From: Euprymna scolopes
Lineage: Eukaryota
Strand: one strand, 5' to 3'
Length of the DNA: 64,000 bases
NCBI GenBank assembly: GCA_053919585.1
Contig: CM132786.1
The number at the start of each line of letters is the position of its first letter. Within the stretch, counting starts at the first letter, position 1. A program made the translations under genes and the position numbers. Of the stretch, positions 62,407-64,000 are shown piece by piece. The notes beneath the pieces were generated by a model. The model saw only the letters and a list, made by a program, of their open reading frames with translations. It was not told the origin of the DNA and did not search any database.

Positions 62407-63750
62407 TTAGGTTGAGTAGGAAGTTCTTGCGTATTTTTTAATTTTGATTTAAAACTATGCATTTTGAAATAATGTATAGGTGATTTGAACATTTCCTGGC
62501 ATGACAAGAGTCTTGAAGATGATAAGTGTATGGTCGCCGATCGGGTGCTCACAAAAGCCAATCCACGCAATACTGTTCGAGAACTTGCTTCTGAATTCGA
62601 CGTAACGTATACGCCTATTTGCAACCACTTGAGAGAGATTGGAGAGAAAAAAAAAACTTGATAAATGGATGTCTTACGAATTGAACGAAAACCAAAATAA
62701 ATGTCGTTATGAAGTGCCATCTCCCGTCTATTACGCAACCGGCCCGTTTCTTAACCGAGTTTTGATCTGCGATAGAAGTGTTTTCTTTATGACAACTGGC
62801 TCAATGATTAGATTTGTACGAAGCTTTTCTACAAGTACTTTAACGGCGAATGCTCTGACGAACTGCAAGCACTTGTGCCCCCTCGACGTAAATACCCCCG
62901 ACAAACAGCTAAATACCACCTCTCCTCAGTAGAGATCCCTGGATGTAAGAGAACCTTCTACTCCAGTAGTTTCTTCCCCAGGACGGCTAGACTTTGGAAT
63001 TCCCTGCTAGGTCCCTGCTTCCCAAACTGTACTGACATGCAGAAGTTCAAGTGCAACATGAACGACATCTTGCTGACCAACTCCCTACATAATACCCCTG
63101 ATGCTTATGTCCCTGATAGTAGTCCCCTACAACAAAATTGCAATATGACTTATTTGGGATGAAAATGTAAAAAGAAAAAGAAGCTCCATGACACTTCACG
63201 ACGTCAGAGTTGCACCAAAAGACGGCTATGCTGACTGTTTGTTGGTTTGCGACCCGTCTCATCCATTACACATTTTTGAATGCAGAGGAAACCATTTCGG
63301 CGGTTAAGTACTATCAGCAAATGGATGAAATGCATCAGAAACATCGACAACAACACGCATCATTAGTCAAGAGAAAAATTCAAATTTTCCTCCATGACAA
63401 TGATCAATCGCACGTTGCTAAATCGACCCTGCAGAAGTTGAACGAATTGGGCACCGAAACTCTACCTCATCCGCCATAACTCCCAGACCTCTCACCTACA
63501 GACTACCACTTTATCAAGCATATCGCCAACTTACTACGTGAGAAATGCTTCAAAAACCTACGCGATATCAAAAACGCCTTCGCCACAAGAACAAGAGTTT
63601 TATGTTATTAGCATAAATACATTTGTTTTAGGTTGGTAAAAGTGTGTGGGTTCTGAAGGAGCTTGTTTCGATCTATGAATTTATTTCAGAACCGATATAT
63701 ATTTATCTGAATTTATAAATATTAAACCGCAAGAACTTTTATTATCAATA
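62407..63750 (+). mobile_element. Mariner (DD34D, Hsmar1/cecropia-like) relic interrupted by a LINE
   Basis: TVRELA, KKLDKWMSYELNENQ, FLHDN, LPHPP*LPDLSPTDYH; TIR cores aagttcttgcg / cgcaagaactt. Confidence 0.9.
62826..63179 (+). mobile_element. LINE family B 3' fragment nested in mariner, TSD gaagct
   Basis: FYKYFNGECSDELQAL..FFPRTARLWNSL; gaagct at 62820-62825 and 63180-63185. Confidence 0.92.
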
Positions 63751-64000
63751 TGATATGTTTTTATTGAATGATTTCTTTTTCAGAAACATCCTGCGCTCTT
63801 GAAATCTTCTAAGGATTAATTAAACAAACGTAAAATTTAAAACATACAAAATAATTATGTATTGACGTTTCTCAATTTTGAGATGAGGATCGGTTATTCG
63901 TATTATTTGAATACTTTTGACTACTGTTCTCATCTTCAGTGTCATTTTCCGTCGAGATAACCCCCTTGTTCAGATGTATCTTGTCGAACTCGGTAATGTT

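Overview
AT-rich eukaryotic (animal) genomic DNA with three assembly gaps (18834-19341, 31036-31164, 32288-32422). The repeat repertoire suggests a marine invertebrate, possibly a cephalopod mollusc (inference only). I found no confident host protein-coding exon; most listed ORFs are spurious or TE-derived. The window is a transposon graveyard: two CR1/L2-like LINE families (one with an uninterrupted 603-aa RT ORF), R4/NeSL-like RLE fragments, a LOA/R1-like RT, an RTE-type non-autonomous element, Penelope-like elements (PLEs) of two types, maT/DD37D and mariner relics, hAT-like long-TIR elements, non-autonomous Helitrons and a DINE-1-like Helentron, a 5S-derived SINE candidate, satellites and many (TA)n tracts. 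The main signal not visible in the ORF track is about 11 type I hammerhead ribozyme (HHR) motifs of about 8 sequence families between 34.7 and 61.6 kb. Most lie next to (TA)n or (ATT)n tracts. Two unrelated families place a tRNA-like Pol III promoter directly upstream of the HHR, and one has two HHRs 308 nt apart (retrozyme/circRNA-like). Also notable: a probable divergent Pol II promoter pair at about 13.5-13.7 kb and a Helitron carrying a tRNA-Arg(ACG) pseudogene.
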